From an uncultured Candidatus Saccharibacteria bacterium (GTDB taxonomy: Bacteria > Patescibacteriota > Minisyncoccia > Phycocordibacterales > UBA9973): 64,000 bases of DNA. Below, in pieces: positions 28,216-37,915 of this stretch. The first letter of the stretch is position 1; every line of letters begins with the position of its first letter. The position numbers and the translations under genes were made by a program. A model generated the notes under the pieces. That model ran no database searches. It saw only the letters and a program-made list of their open reading frames with translations, and was not told the DNA's origin. The DNA lies in contig CAYNHU010000001.1 of NCBI GenBank assembly GCA_964397435.1, positions 209 to 64,208 on the forward strand. Direction: 5' to 3'.

Positions 28216-29763
28216 TTATTTGTTCATTACTCTCACTCCGCTTTCTATTTGGCCAGCATACGTGATTCTGGTGAATATTGGTTCACGTTGTAGTTCAGCA
28301 ATAGTGTGAGCACCTTGATAGGTGCGCATACTTTGAACTAACGCGCCATGATATTCATCTACAACATCCTGTACGGGGCCTTTACTTACTACCCAACCAC
28401 TCACACCTTCTGCAATTTTCTTAAGTGGTTTTTTACCAGTTACTCCGGTAATACCATATCTGTCGGTTGCCTGATTAAGCTTCATGGCTTCTGGAGAACC
28501 CATACCACGGTATGATTTCTTTTTAATACCATCTTCAATCTTAGTTTCACCAGGTGCTTCGTCAGTGCCAGCAAAAGTACCGCCCATCATTACCGCACTA
28601 GCACCAGCAGCCAATGCTTTGACTGTGTCGCCAGTAAATTTAATTCCACCATCGGCAATAAGTGGGATGTTGTACTTTTTACAAACAGGTGCACATTCAA
28701 GTATTGCGCTAAATTGCGCCTTACCATTTCCAGTTTTTTCTCTGGTAGTGCAAATTGCTCCAGGACCAACACCAATTTTAACGGCATCAGCACCTGCATC
28801 AATCAGAAACTTCGTTCCTTCTGCTGTAACAACATTACCACCTATTACTGGCACTATTTTAGATAGTTGCTTGATTTTTGTAATGATGTCAGCAACAGCT
28901 TGGGAATGTCCTTGTGCTGTATCTATCACTAAAAAATCAACCCCAGCTTCAATTAAAGCCTTGGCACGTTCAAAACCTTCCTCTGCAACACCGATAGCGG
29001 CACCTACCAAGTAGCTACCTTGTGCATCAAGTGACATCAGTGGAAATTTTGTTACAGCATCAAGATCTTTTTTGAAATAGATACCGAGTAGAGTATGGTC
29101 AGTTTCAGATGCAATAATCGGTAAACGTTTCTTACCATTTTGCTTAAAAAGTTTTCGTGCTGCTTCAACATTTGTGTTGTTGTATGCAACGTGTAACTCG
29201 TTAAATGGTATCATCATCTCGGAAACTTTCTTATCTGGTTCATCAGGAAAATCTTCGACACGCCTTTCACTGATAATACCGAGCAATTTATGCTCAGCAT
29301 CAATAATTGGAACAGTGCCAAACGGTGCTTTTGTAAAAAGTTCTGTTGCTTCTGCAATAGTAGCATCAGGCGGTAGTGTTACAGGGTTACTTACCATCGT
29401 ACTACGATGGCGTTTAACCTGTCGCACCATTGCAACCTGCTCCACAATTGAACAGTTACGATGTATGACACCAACACCACCTGCTCGCGCAAGGGCGAGG
29501 GCTAAGTTGGAATCAGTTACAGTATCCATAGCCGCTGACAAAAACGGCACTTTAATTCTCAATCCACGAACAAATTCAGTTTCAGTTGAAACCTCATCGT
29601 AAGGACCAAGGTCAGTGTACTTGGGTGTCAAATGCACATCATCATAGGTAAGTGCATCGGTAACCACAAGGTAGTATGGGCCAAAGTGGCGCCATAGTAA
29701 TTGCGCGATGAATCTAAGTAGCTCTATGGCACTCATTGATTCGACTGGTTTGTTGAACAACAT
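28216..29763 (-). CDS. guaB: IMP dehydrogenase with CBS pair
   Basis: LTYDDV, SAAMDTVT, GVGPGAICTTR (catalytic Cys), IADGGI, YRGMGS. Confidence 0.95.
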   Translation of the reverse strand: MLFNKPVESMSAIELLRFIAQLLWRHFGPYYLVVTDALTYDDVHLTPKYTDLGPYDEVSTETEFVRGLRIKVPFLSAAMDTVTDSNLALALARAGGVGVIHRNCSIVEQVAMVRQVKRHRSTMVSNPVTLPPDATIAEATELFTKAPFGTVPIIDAEHKLLGIISERRVEDFPDEPDKKVSEMMIPFNELHVAYNNTNVEAARKLFKQNGKKRLPIIASETDHTLLGIYFKKDLDAVTKFPLMSLDAQGSYLVGAAIGVAEEGFERAKALIEAGVDFLVIDTAQGHSQAVADIITKIKQLSKIVPVIGGNVVTAEGTKFLIDAGADAVKIGVGPGAICTTREKTGNGKAQFSAILECAPVCKKYNIPLIADGGIKFTGDTVKALAAGASAVMMGGTFAGTDEAPGETKIEDGIKKKSYRGMGSPEAMKLNQATDRYGITGVTGKKPLKKIAEGVSGWVVSKGPVQDVVDEYHGALVQSMRTYQGAHTIAELQREPIFTRITYAGQIESGVRVMNK

Positions 29764-29795
29764 TTTTTCTTGTTTTTATAGAATTTAATTTATGC

Positions 29796-29905
29796 ACAAA
29801 AACGTGCTCGCGGCACATTCAATAAAATGACTGTACTCCGAGCACGTTTCTGAGATTTCTCAATGATATTTTTTTCAATCTACAAGAAAAAGTGATGTAA
29901 GTCAA
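29796..29905 (-). promoter_or_regulatory. guaB promoter (TTGACT-17-TAGATT) and structured 5' leader
   Basis: -35 at 29900-05, -10 at 29877-82; 11-bp stem 29800-10/29839-49 ending in a U-run. Confidence 0.6.
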
Positions 29906-29955
29906 TAGATTGACTAATTATTTCATATATTGTTTTTTGATAAAAACTACCTTAT

Positions 29956-30523
29956 ATGGAAGCTTTACAACTTGCGCTCCGAGTAACCATTGACCGTGCA
30001 TTCCGAAACAATACTTCTCAAACCGAAGCAATTCTACACATCCTGAGAGAAGTGTTCGCAGGACTATGTACCATACTTTTTATGAAACATGGACTTGCCG
30101 GTATGTACGCACACCAATGGATACGGAGGATTTCTCAATTTCGTATGCATGTAAAATGTCTGGTGCGTCCTATGCGCTTTTTTAAAGAAGGCGGCCGGTT
30201 TTTATGGTTTAATCCCAAAAATTGATTGGTTTACTGATTTAGAAGAAGATTTACGAGCTAGTTTTGTGTATCTTTCAGAAAACGACCTCACGACAATAGG
30301 TATTCGTTTTGAAAAGATTCAAGATTATGCACAAACTGGCATTCTTAAACACCACATCACTTACAAACGGTGGCGCAAGAAACAAGCTCGTATACTTCTT
30401 GATGAGCTTCGGAAACTGAAAGAGAATTTGGGAACTAGCCCGTTTAACTCATGGGCTCTTGATACCATATTCCATAAACTCATGCTTCAAAACTGGGAAA
30501 ACAAATTGCTGCAATTAACATAA
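29956..30523 (+). pseudogene. Probable frameshifted hypothetical gene
   Basis: Two ORF pieces (29956-30225, 30266-30523); the second frame is open well upstream of its weak GTG and overlaps the first; terminator at ~30546-30575. Confidence 0.4.
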
Positions 30524-30571
30524 GCACGCAACAGAGAAACTACGGGTTCCGCATGGATGTGCGGAACTCTT

Positions 30572-31678
30572 TTATTTTTTATTCGCGAGAAATGCTTCAA
30601 TAATTCTTCGAACTTCTTTTGCATTGTTCCCCTGTTCCATGATTTCTACACGCAATTCTTTGGCTCCAGGGAAACCATTGATGTACGCTTTAAAATGTTT
30701 TTTCATGATTGAGAAACTTTTGATATCACCAAGAAGCTGTTCATACAGCTCACAGTGTTTAATGAATACGTTGAGTTTTTCTTTGGTATCTACTTCTGAA
30801 ACAGTGTACCGAGCGTCTCCTCCGCGAAGTTTGCGCGCGATGAAACCTGGCAACACTTTTGCAATCCAGCTTGTCTTCCATGTTCCCTTTTGAAGAATGC
30901 GGCGTCTGCGATCAAACAACCATGGATTACCAAAAATCGCACGACCAATCATGATTCCATCACAACCAGTTTCTTTCGCTTTGTGCAATCCATCTTCGAT
31001 CGTCATCACATCACCGTTACCAATAATGAGCGTTGGAACGTTCATCTGATTTCTAATTTCAACAACACGTTTGATACGAGACCAATCAGCCGGAACAGCA
31101 GACAATTCTTTGCGGGTTCGAGCATGAATAGTGAGCGCTGCAATATTTTCAGCTAATAGTTTTGGAATCCATTCTTCAATTTCAACCTTACTGTAACCAA
31201 CACGAGTTTTGACTGACACAGGAATGTCACCTGCGCCTTCTTTGGCTGCACGAATCACTGCAACTGCAACATCAGGAGTTTTAATCATACACGCACCAGC
31301 ACCCTGTTTTTCAATCGTTCGGTCAGGGCATCCCATGTTGATATCGATACCATCAAAACCAAGCTCGTGGCACAGTTGCGCAGCTTTTCGCATAGTGTTT
31401 GGATCAGCAGTGAAAAGCTGCGCAACAATCGGCCGCTCTCCTTCTGTATATTCCAAATCGCGCATCAGCGCTGCTCGTCCAACTTCGTGAGACAATCCAT
31501 TGGCAGAAACGAATTCAGTCCAAAAAACATCTGGGCCACCTTCAGGTTGTCCATGTCGTGAATATTTTGCAACCAAACGTCGAAATGCCGGATCGGTTAC
31601 GTCCGCCATTGGCGCAAGTGCAAAAAACGGTCGCGGGAGTTTCTGCCAAAATCCCAAATTGTGTGGTGTGTGTGTCAT
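30572..31678 (-). CDS. dus: tRNA-dihydrouridine synthase
   Basis: LAPMADVTD, DINMGCP, SVKTR, IHART, IGNGDV, GIMIGRA. Confidence 0.93.
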   Translation of the reverse strand: MTHTPHNLGFWQKLPRPFFALAPMADVTDPAFRRLVAKYSRHGQPEGGPDVFWTEFVSANGLSHEVGRAALMRDLEYTEGERPIVAQLFTADPNTMRKAAQLCHELGFDGIDINMGCPDRTIEKQGAGACMIKTPDVAVAVIRAAKEGAGDIPVSVKTRVGYSKVEIEEWIPKLLAENIAALTIHARTRKELSAVPADWSRIKRVVEIRNQMNVPTLIIGNGDVMTIEDGLHKAKETGCDGIMIGRAIFGNPWLFDRRRRILQKGTWKTSWIAKVLPGFIARKLRGGDARYTVSEVDTKEKLNVFIKHCELYEQLLGDIKSFSIMKKHFKAYINGFPGAKELRVEIMEQGNNAKEVRRIIEAFLANKK

Positions 31679-32604
31679 TGTGTTTGTTCTTCTACAACAG
31701 GAACTGTTTCCTGTGATGTCGCATCGGGAGAGTTTCCAAATTTGTAATACATTTTCTTGTCGTATCGCAAATCAAGATACTGCAATGATGCAAACGAGTC
31801 TGTGAGTTGTTTTTGTAAACTTGCTGAGGTTACTGCGACCGACAAATTATCAATCACCGTTACGAGATCCTGATCTGCGGTAAAAACAACTTTCTGCTTT
31901 GTATCATTAAATGACGGAGAAAGCAAAAATGCTGACACACCAGTCGGATAGGTAATGAAACCTGACGGTGGCAAATTGAGCTCAGTTAAGCGTTCTTTGA
32001 AACGTACGATGTTTTTGAAATAGTCATCACGTGCGAACAATGCTTTGCCTACAGGAGACTCAGTCGCGCCCCATGTGTACGCTCCATAAAAAACAAAGTA
32101 CACATTACCAGAAAATGTTGGTGACTTCGAGAAAATGTATCCATGATCATCAACGTAGTAGCACGTACGTGAACTATCATCTCGCTCACGAGGAAGTCCG
32201 TCGCACCACAAATACACATTTTTACGCTCAACAATATCGACAACCAATGTATTCCAATTTTCACGATGAATCTCGACAGTACTTGCACGCGGGAAACGTT
32301 CTTTGATGAGACGTTCGAGAAAACGTTCTGGATATACAAGCACCATGCTTTTCGGAATAACAAATCCATATTTTTCATGCAGCACATTTTGCACCAGCGT
32401 CGTAACTGATTCAGTCGTAATAATGTAATTCCCTCGCACAACAACTGATTGAATTTGAAGTTGTTTGATATACGTAACTCCGATAAGTCCCACAACAAGC
32501 ACAATGACCGCGATACACCCAAGCAAAAAGCGCACGCGTGCACGACGTCGACGCTTTTCTTTTAATTCACGTATTCGTTCTCCTCCGGCTCGTTCAACTG
32601 CCAT
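31675..32604 (-). CDS. FtsQ/DivIB-like protein
   Basis: Basic N-tail, single TM, POTRA-like region, C-terminal YLDLRY. Confidence 0.7.
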   Translation of the reverse strand: MAVERAGGERIRELKEKRRRRARVRFLLGCIAVIVLVVGLIGVTYIKQLQIQSVVVRGNYIITTESVTTLVQNVLHEKYGFVIPKSMVLVYPERFLERLIKERFPRASTVEIHRENWNTLVVDIVERKNVYLWCDGLPRERDDSSRTCYYVDDHGYIFSKSPTFSGNVYFVFYGAYTWGATESPVGKALFARDDYFKNIVRFKERLTELNLPPSGFITYPTGVSAFLLSPSFNDTKQKVVFTADQDLVTVIDNLSVAVTSASLQKQLTDSFASLQYLDLRYDKKMYYKFGNSPDATSQETVPVVEEQTQ

Positions 32605-32613
32605 AGAAAAAGA

Positions 32614-33933
32614 CTATACTTTTTTGGTAATAACTGTCTTACCTCCCATGTATTTCTGAAGTACGTCTGGAATGCGGATTGATCCGTCGGCGTTTTGATA
32701 ATTTTCGATGATTGCGATAAGTGCACGACCAATAGCAACAACAGTTGCGTCATTCATGTGAACTGGTTCAATTTTACCATCAGCGCGCTTCACACGAGTA
32801 TTCAAACGTCGAGCTTGAAAACCTGTAGTGAGGTCGGCACTGTGTGTCTCACGGTATGTGTCCTGTCCTGGCATCCATGTTTCAATATCAATCTGTCGAT
32901 AATCTGGGAAACCCATATCACCAGTACAGACAGAGATCACTTGGTATGGCAATTTAAGAAGCTGCAAAAAGTGTTCCTGAATTGCAACGAGAAAATCTTG
33001 TTCTGCAGCTGATGTTTCTGGTAACGAAAAAACCTCCATTTCCAATTTATCAAACTGGTGCTGTCGCAAAATACCGTTTGTGTCTTTACCGTAAGTACCC
33101 GCTTCACGTCGAAACGCAGTCGAGTATCCAGCGTAGCGAATTGGCAAATCTTGTTCACTAAAAATGTGATTGATGTGCTGTGATCCAAGTGTGTGTTCTG
33201 CACTACCAACAAGCATCAAATCATCGTTCGGAAACATGTAGTGATTTTCCGCACCCATGTAACGTGCCATTTTCACTTGCACAACTGGACGCACAAACAC
33301 TGGGGGAATAACTGGGATAAATGATTCTACTTTAATTGGACTGTTAATCTTTTGTGCAATTGCAGTCAATGTGTCCTTGTTAGTAAGAATTTCAAAACCG
33401 AGTTGAATAAGCGCAAACTGCATCAACACCAAATCGCCTTTCAAATACGCGAAACGAGACGACGCAACTTCTGCTGCAGTTTTGGTATCAATCAAATCAA
33501 GTGGTTCTGCGATTTCGTAGTGTTCTTTTGGTTTGAAATCAAACTGTGGCTTTTCACCCCATGAGCGAATGACTTTGTTGCCTGATTCATCTGGACCTTC
33601 TGGTGTATCAAGTGATGGAAGGTTTGGAACCTTGAGCATGAGCGCCTGCCATGCTTCCATAACAATTTTAAGATTTTCTTCTTTTTTCTTTACTTCTTCT
33701 TTGAGACCCTGCATTTCAGTGATCATCTGCGCGCGCTTGTTGCTGTCTTTTTCGTACGCAATCAAGTTAGACATCTGATTTTGTTCTGCACGCAATGTTT
33801 CAAACGCCGCAAGAGCCGCGATGCGTTTATCATCTGCTTCAATAATTTCGTCAACGGTCACAGAGGCCTTTTTCTTTGCGATAGCGGCTGCAACAATGGT
33901 CTTATTCTCTCTGATGAATTTGATATCAAGCAT
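32614..33933 (-). CDS. serS: Serine--tRNA ligase
   Basis: MLDIKFIREN, FRREAG, RQHQFDKLE, DIETW, IENYQ. Confidence 0.97.
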   Translation of the reverse strand: MLDIKFIRENKTIVAAAIAKKKASVTVDEIIEADDKRIAALAAFETLRAEQNQMSNLIAYEKDSNKRAQMITEMQGLKEEVKKKEENLKIVMEAWQALMLKVPNLPSLDTPEGPDESGNKVIRSWGEKPQFDFKPKEHYEIAEPLDLIDTKTAAEVASSRFAYLKGDLVLMQFALIQLGFEILTNKDTLTAIAQKINSPIKVESFIPVIPPVFVRPVVQVKMARYMGAENHYMFPNDDLMLVGSAEHTLGSQHINHIFSEQDLPIRYAGYSTAFRREAGTYGKDTNGILRQHQFDKLEMEVFSLPETSAAEQDFLVAIQEHFLQLLKLPYQVISVCTGDMGFPDYRQIDIETWMPGQDTYRETHSADLTTGFQARRLNTRVKRADGKIEPVHMNDATVVAIGRALIAIIENYQNADGSIRIPDVLQKYMGGKTVITKKV

Positions 33934-34025
33934 TTGATTAACAATTTAAGAAAAGTTCATCCCAAACGCGTATAGTTTGCGTGGGTGTAGTAATAACACT
34001 TGTATAGTAGCAATAAACGACCAAA

Positions 34026-34886
34026 TTGAAAAGTATGCGAATTCTTACTGGTAACGACATACCGCTTCGTCTTCGGGAAATCCCCCAACCACCAAAACGG
34101 CTGTATATTGAGGGTAACCTGCCTGACGCATCGTACATATATATGACAGTTGTAGGATCTCGCAACCACACAACATACGGCAAGGACGTATGCGTACGAT
34201 TGATAGAGGCACTCGCTCCCTATCCGGTAGTGATTGTTTCGGGGCTTGCAGCAGGTATTGATAGTATCGCTCACGAAACAGCACTTCGTGTTGGCTTGCC
34301 GACGATTGCATTTCCAGGTTCAGGCTTAGCACCGGAAGCAATCTATCCGAGAAGCAATATCGACCTTGCAGAGCGCATTGTTGCGCATGGAGGTTGCTTG
34401 TTGTCCGAGTTTGAAAAAACTGAGTACGGCAAACACTGGATGTTTCCACGCAGAAACCGATTGATGGCGGGAATCGCTCAAGCGACGCTGATGATCGAAG
34501 CAGCCGAGCAGTCAGGAACACTCATCACCGCTCGACTTACCGGTGAATACAACAGAGATTTATTGGTAGTGCCCGGACCAATCACGTCACCACTTTCGTA
34601 TGGACCAAACTTTTTCCTGAAACTTGGAGCAACACCAATCACGTCACCAACTGATTTGATTGAGGCTCTTGGGTTTGAAGTTCCAAAACAAACAAGCAAC
34701 CAAACCAATCACACACCGTGCACTCCCGAGGAGCAGCGCATTTTAGATGTACTCATCGAACCACTGACACGAGATGAATTAGCGTACAAACTTTCGCAAT
34801 CAATCATAACACTCAACACACAATTAACACTCATGGAACTCAAAGGGTTACTCAAGGAAGCGTATGGCAAACTGAGACGCGCATAA
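34026..34886 (+). CDS. dprA: DNA-processing protein DprA
   Basis: VVGSR, IVSGLAAGIDSIAH, FPRRNRLMAG, SGTLITA; start may be ATG 34035. Confidence 0.95.
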   Translation: MKSMRILTGNDIPLRLREIPQPPKRLYIEGNLPDASYIYMTVVGSRNHTTYGKDVCVRLIEALAPYPVVIVSGLAAGIDSIAHETALRVGLPTIAFPGSGLAPEAIYPRSNIDLAERIVAHGGCLLSEFEKTEYGKHWMFPRRNRLMAGIAQATLMIEAAEQSGTLITARLTGEYNRDLLVVPGPITSPLSYGPNFFLKLGATPITSPTDLIEALGFEVPKQTSNQTNHTPCTPEEQRILDVLIEPLTRDELAYKLSQSIITLNTQLTLMELKGLLKEAYGKLRRA

Positions 34887-34947
34887 TTATATTTTTTATT
34901 TCAAAAGTTGCCACAAAAAATTTTCCGTGCTACTAATTAGGACACAT

Positions 34948-37188
34948 ATGAAATTATTGATTGTTGAATCACCTTCAAAAGCAAAGACTATCGAGAAATA
35001 TCTCGGTGGCGCTTTTACCGTGCGTGCTTCGGTTGGTCACATTCGTGATTTACCAAAATCAAACAAGAAAGCAATCGATATTCCAGCTGGCTTTGTTCCT
35101 CACTATGAAATTTCAAAAGGCAAGGAAAAAGTCGTAAGCGAACTTGGTACACTCGCAAAAAAAGCGAGTGAAATTATTCTCGCAACCGACCCAGACCGCG
35201 AGGGTGAAGCAATCTCATGGCACATTACCGAGGCACTCAAACTCAAAGATTCAAAAACTCGTCCCGTTCGACGAGCCGTTTTTCATGAAATTACCAAAGA
35301 AGCAGTCGAGGAAGCACTTCAACACCCACGCGATATTGATGAGCAACTTGTAAAAGCACAGGAAGCGCGTCGCGTGCTTGATCGTTTGTTCGGATATGAT
35401 TTGTCAGGACTCATTTGGAAAAAGGTTCGTTATGGTCTCTCTGCTGGACGAGTTCAGTCTCCTGCGCTTCGCATCATCATGGAACGTGAGCGTGAGATTC
35501 GATCATTTATTCCAGAAACCTACTGGGTTCTCTCTGGTCTTTTTGAAACTCCCAAAAAATTCAAACTCGAACTTACCTGCGTCGAAGAACCTCGCGACAA
35601 AAAAATAGTTGATGCAATTCTCAAAACTGGAAACAACGGCTCATGGATTGTCACTGATGTTAAAACAAGTGAACAGAAACGTTCACCAAAAGCACCATTT
35701 ACTACGAGTACATTGCAACAAGCGGCAAGTTCACGCCTCGGCTATTCACCTTCACGCACTATGCAGATTGCTCAGAAACTATACGAGTCTGGCTTCATTA
35801 CGTACATGCGTACCGACTCAACAACATTGAGTAAACAAGCGCAGGCAGAAATCGCAAGTATTGTTGAGAAAAAATACGGTGCTAACTATGTTGAGGTTCG
35901 TAACTTCAAGACAAAATCAAAAAACGCACAAGAAGCACACGAAGCGATTCGTCCAACACACGCATCAACACTTCGCGCTGGCCACACTGACGAACAAGAA
36001 CGTTTGTACCGTCTCATCTGGGAACGTGCTATATCATCACAAATGGCTGATGCAAAATTGATGAAAACAAAAGTTACTGCCGTTGTGTCTGGAGAAAAAG
36101 ATTTCCCAGAATTCACTGCCAACGGATCACGAGTGCTCTTCCCTGGATGGCTTGCGGTTGATGTTGAAGCTCGAGGTGAAGACGTTGAACTACCAGAAAT
36201 TACTGTTGGTGAAAAACTGACACTCCTCGAATTACACTCAAACGAAAAACAAACACAGCCACCAAGTCGCTATACTGAAGCCGGCCTCATCAAAGAACTT
36301 GAATCTCGTGGTATCGGTCGGCCTTCAACCTACGCGTCAATCATGCGCACCATCGAAGAACGTGGCTACGTAACCAAAGAAGGCAAGACACTCTTCCCGA
36401 CTGATACAGGCGATGTGGTTTCAACATTTATTGAAAACAACTTTGCAGAATATATCAGTGACTCATTTACCGCCGAGATGGAAGATGAGCTTGATGAAAT
36501 CGCAGTTGGTAAACGTGATTATGTAAAAACACTCAAAGAATTTTACGATCCATTTTTGAAAGATGTAAAAGAAAAAGACAAGACTGCAAAGATCACAACG
36601 CTTGGAGATGCACCTGCTGAATTTGCTTGTCCAACATGTGGAGCAGCGATGGTTATCAAACTGGGTAGAAGTGGCAAGTTTTTGTCATGTTCTCGCTATC
36701 CTGATTGTGCTGGCGCACGAACAATTGAAGGCAAAATCATGGAAGGACCAAAAGAAACTGGTGAACCATGTCCGGTGTGTGGTCTCGACAAAGACGGCAA
36801 ACCAAAAGAACCTTCAAAAACTGGTGGCGGACGTCTTGTTGTTCGAGAAGGACGATATGGTTCATTCATCTCATGTTCTCGCTATCCAAAATGTAAATAC
36901 ATCAAAGAAGATCCAGCTGAAGTTGCACGTAAAATGATTGATGTAACGTGCCCTACCTGTAACAAAGGTAAAATGATGGAACGTCGTGGACGCTTTGGTA
37001 TTTTCTACTCATGTTCAAACTATCCTGATTGTAAAAATGCGATCAAAGCAAAACCGACCGGCAATCTCTGCAAACTCTGCGGATCGCTCATGATGGAAGG
37101 CACAAAAACAATCCCAGAACGCTGTTCAAACAAACTCTGTGCAATGCACAATCCACACAAGTTGGAGAAAGGTGGTAAGAAAAAATAA
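34948..37188 (+). CDS. topA: DNA topoisomerase I with C-terminal zinc ribbons
   Basis: LLIVESPSKAKTI, ATDPDREGEAI, SAGRVQS, ITYMRTDS, CSRYP repeats. Confidence 0.97.
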   Translation: MKLLIVESPSKAKTIEKYLGGAFTVRASVGHIRDLPKSNKKAIDIPAGFVPHYEISKGKEKVVSELGTLAKKASEIILATDPDREGEAISWHITEALKLKDSKTRPVRRAVFHEITKEAVEEALQHPRDIDEQLVKAQEARRVLDRLFGYDLSGLIWKKVRYGLSAGRVQSPALRIIMEREREIRSFIPETYWVLSGLFETPKKFKLELTCVEEPRDKKIVDAILKTGNNGSWIVTDVKTSEQKRSPKAPFTTSTLQQAASSRLGYSPSRTMQIAQKLYESGFITYMRTDSTTLSKQAQAEIASIVEKKYGANYVEVRNFKTKSKNAQEAHEAIRPTHASTLRAGHTDEQERLYRLIWERAISSQMADAKLMKTKVTAVVSGEKDFPEFTANGSRVLFPGWLAVDVEARGEDVELPEITVGEKLTLLELHSNEKQTQPPSRYTEAGLIKELESRGIGRPSTYASIMRTIEERGYVTKEGKTLFPTDTGDVVSTFIENNFAEYISDSFTAEMEDELDEIAVGKRDYVKTLKEFYDPFLKDVKEKDKTAKITTLGDAPAEFACPTCGAAMVIKLGRSGKFLSCSRYPDCAGARTIEGKIMEGPKETGEPCPVCGLDKDGKPKEPSKTGGGRLVVREGRYGSFISCSRYPKCKYIKEDPAEVARKMIDVTCPTCNKGKMMERRGRFGIFYSCSNYPDCKNAIKAKPTGNLCKLCGSLMMEGTKTIPERCSNKLCAMHNPHKLEKGGKKK

Positions 37189-37228
37189 AAACAAAAGCAG
37201 CGCCATATATGGCGCTGCTTTTGTTTTT
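37187..37228. terminator. 42-bp perfect palindrome (bidirectional terminator)
   Basis: aaaaacaaaagcagcgccata|tatggcgctgcttttgttttt between convergent topA and psd. Confidence 0.8.
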
Positions 37229-37232
37229 TTCC

Positions 37233-37856
37233 TTATCGTGCAATCACTGTTTCTCCATCAACCACGCGGTCACCAACATGTACAGAAAGTGAGCGAGTTT
37301 TTGGAATAACGAGTACGACTTGTGAACCGAGTGCAATGAATCCGATTTTATCACCTTGCTCAAGTTCGTCACCAACATCGACATAACTTTTGATACGACG
37401 TGCGAGAATGCCGGCAACCTGAATGACAGCAACTGATTCTTGTCCATTAGAAATTACTGTGAGATTTTTTTCGTTTGCGTTTACAAGCTGAGCACGGTTT
37501 TTACCGTAGAGTGCGTTTTTAAACTTTCCATCAAAGTGCTCAACATAGGTTACCTCACCATCAATTGGTGCACGCTGCACGTGGACATTTTTGAGGTTCA
37601 TCTGAATAACAATCACGTGCGCAGGCAATGTAACACCACGCGCTTCGAGCTCGTTCTGAATACCTTCTTTGAAAAATGTAACGTGCTCAGTATCTACTGA
37701 ATCAATAGCAATAATCTTTCCATCTGCCGGCGAAACGACATGAACGTTCGTTGGAACAAGACGTGCTGGAGTGCGACCGAAGTAGAGCACAAACGCGACG
37801 AGCGCGAGAATGATGATGCATGCAATAATCATAATAGTTGGAAGATGTTTCTTCAC
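37233..37856 (-). CDS. psd: Phosphatidylserine decarboxylase proenzyme-like
   Basis: VSPADGKI, NVHVQRAPIDG, NEKN, QVAGILARRI, LGS autocleavage motif. Confidence 0.82.
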   Translation of the reverse strand: MKKHLPTIMIIACIIILALVAFVLYFGRTPARLVPTNVHVVSPADGKIIAIDSVDTEHVTFFKEGIQNELEARGVTLPAHVIVIQMNLKNVHVQRAPIDGEVTYVEHFDGKFKNALYGKNRAQLVNANEKNLTVISNGQESVAVIQVAGILARRIKSYVDVGDELEQGDKIGFIALGSQVVLVIPKTRSLSVHVGDRVVDGETVIAR

Positions 37857-37915
37857 AAAGACTAGTGTACCATAAAAAGTTGCTTTTTTTCATATTCTCA
37901 CTAAACTAGACATAT

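Noticed and set aside
29764-29880. Canonical guanine or ZTP riboswitch before guaB
   Set aside because: Consensus cores not found; retained only as an unclassified structured leader
34026-37188. dprA-topA pairing as a novel system
   Set aside because: Widely conserved, well-known gene order
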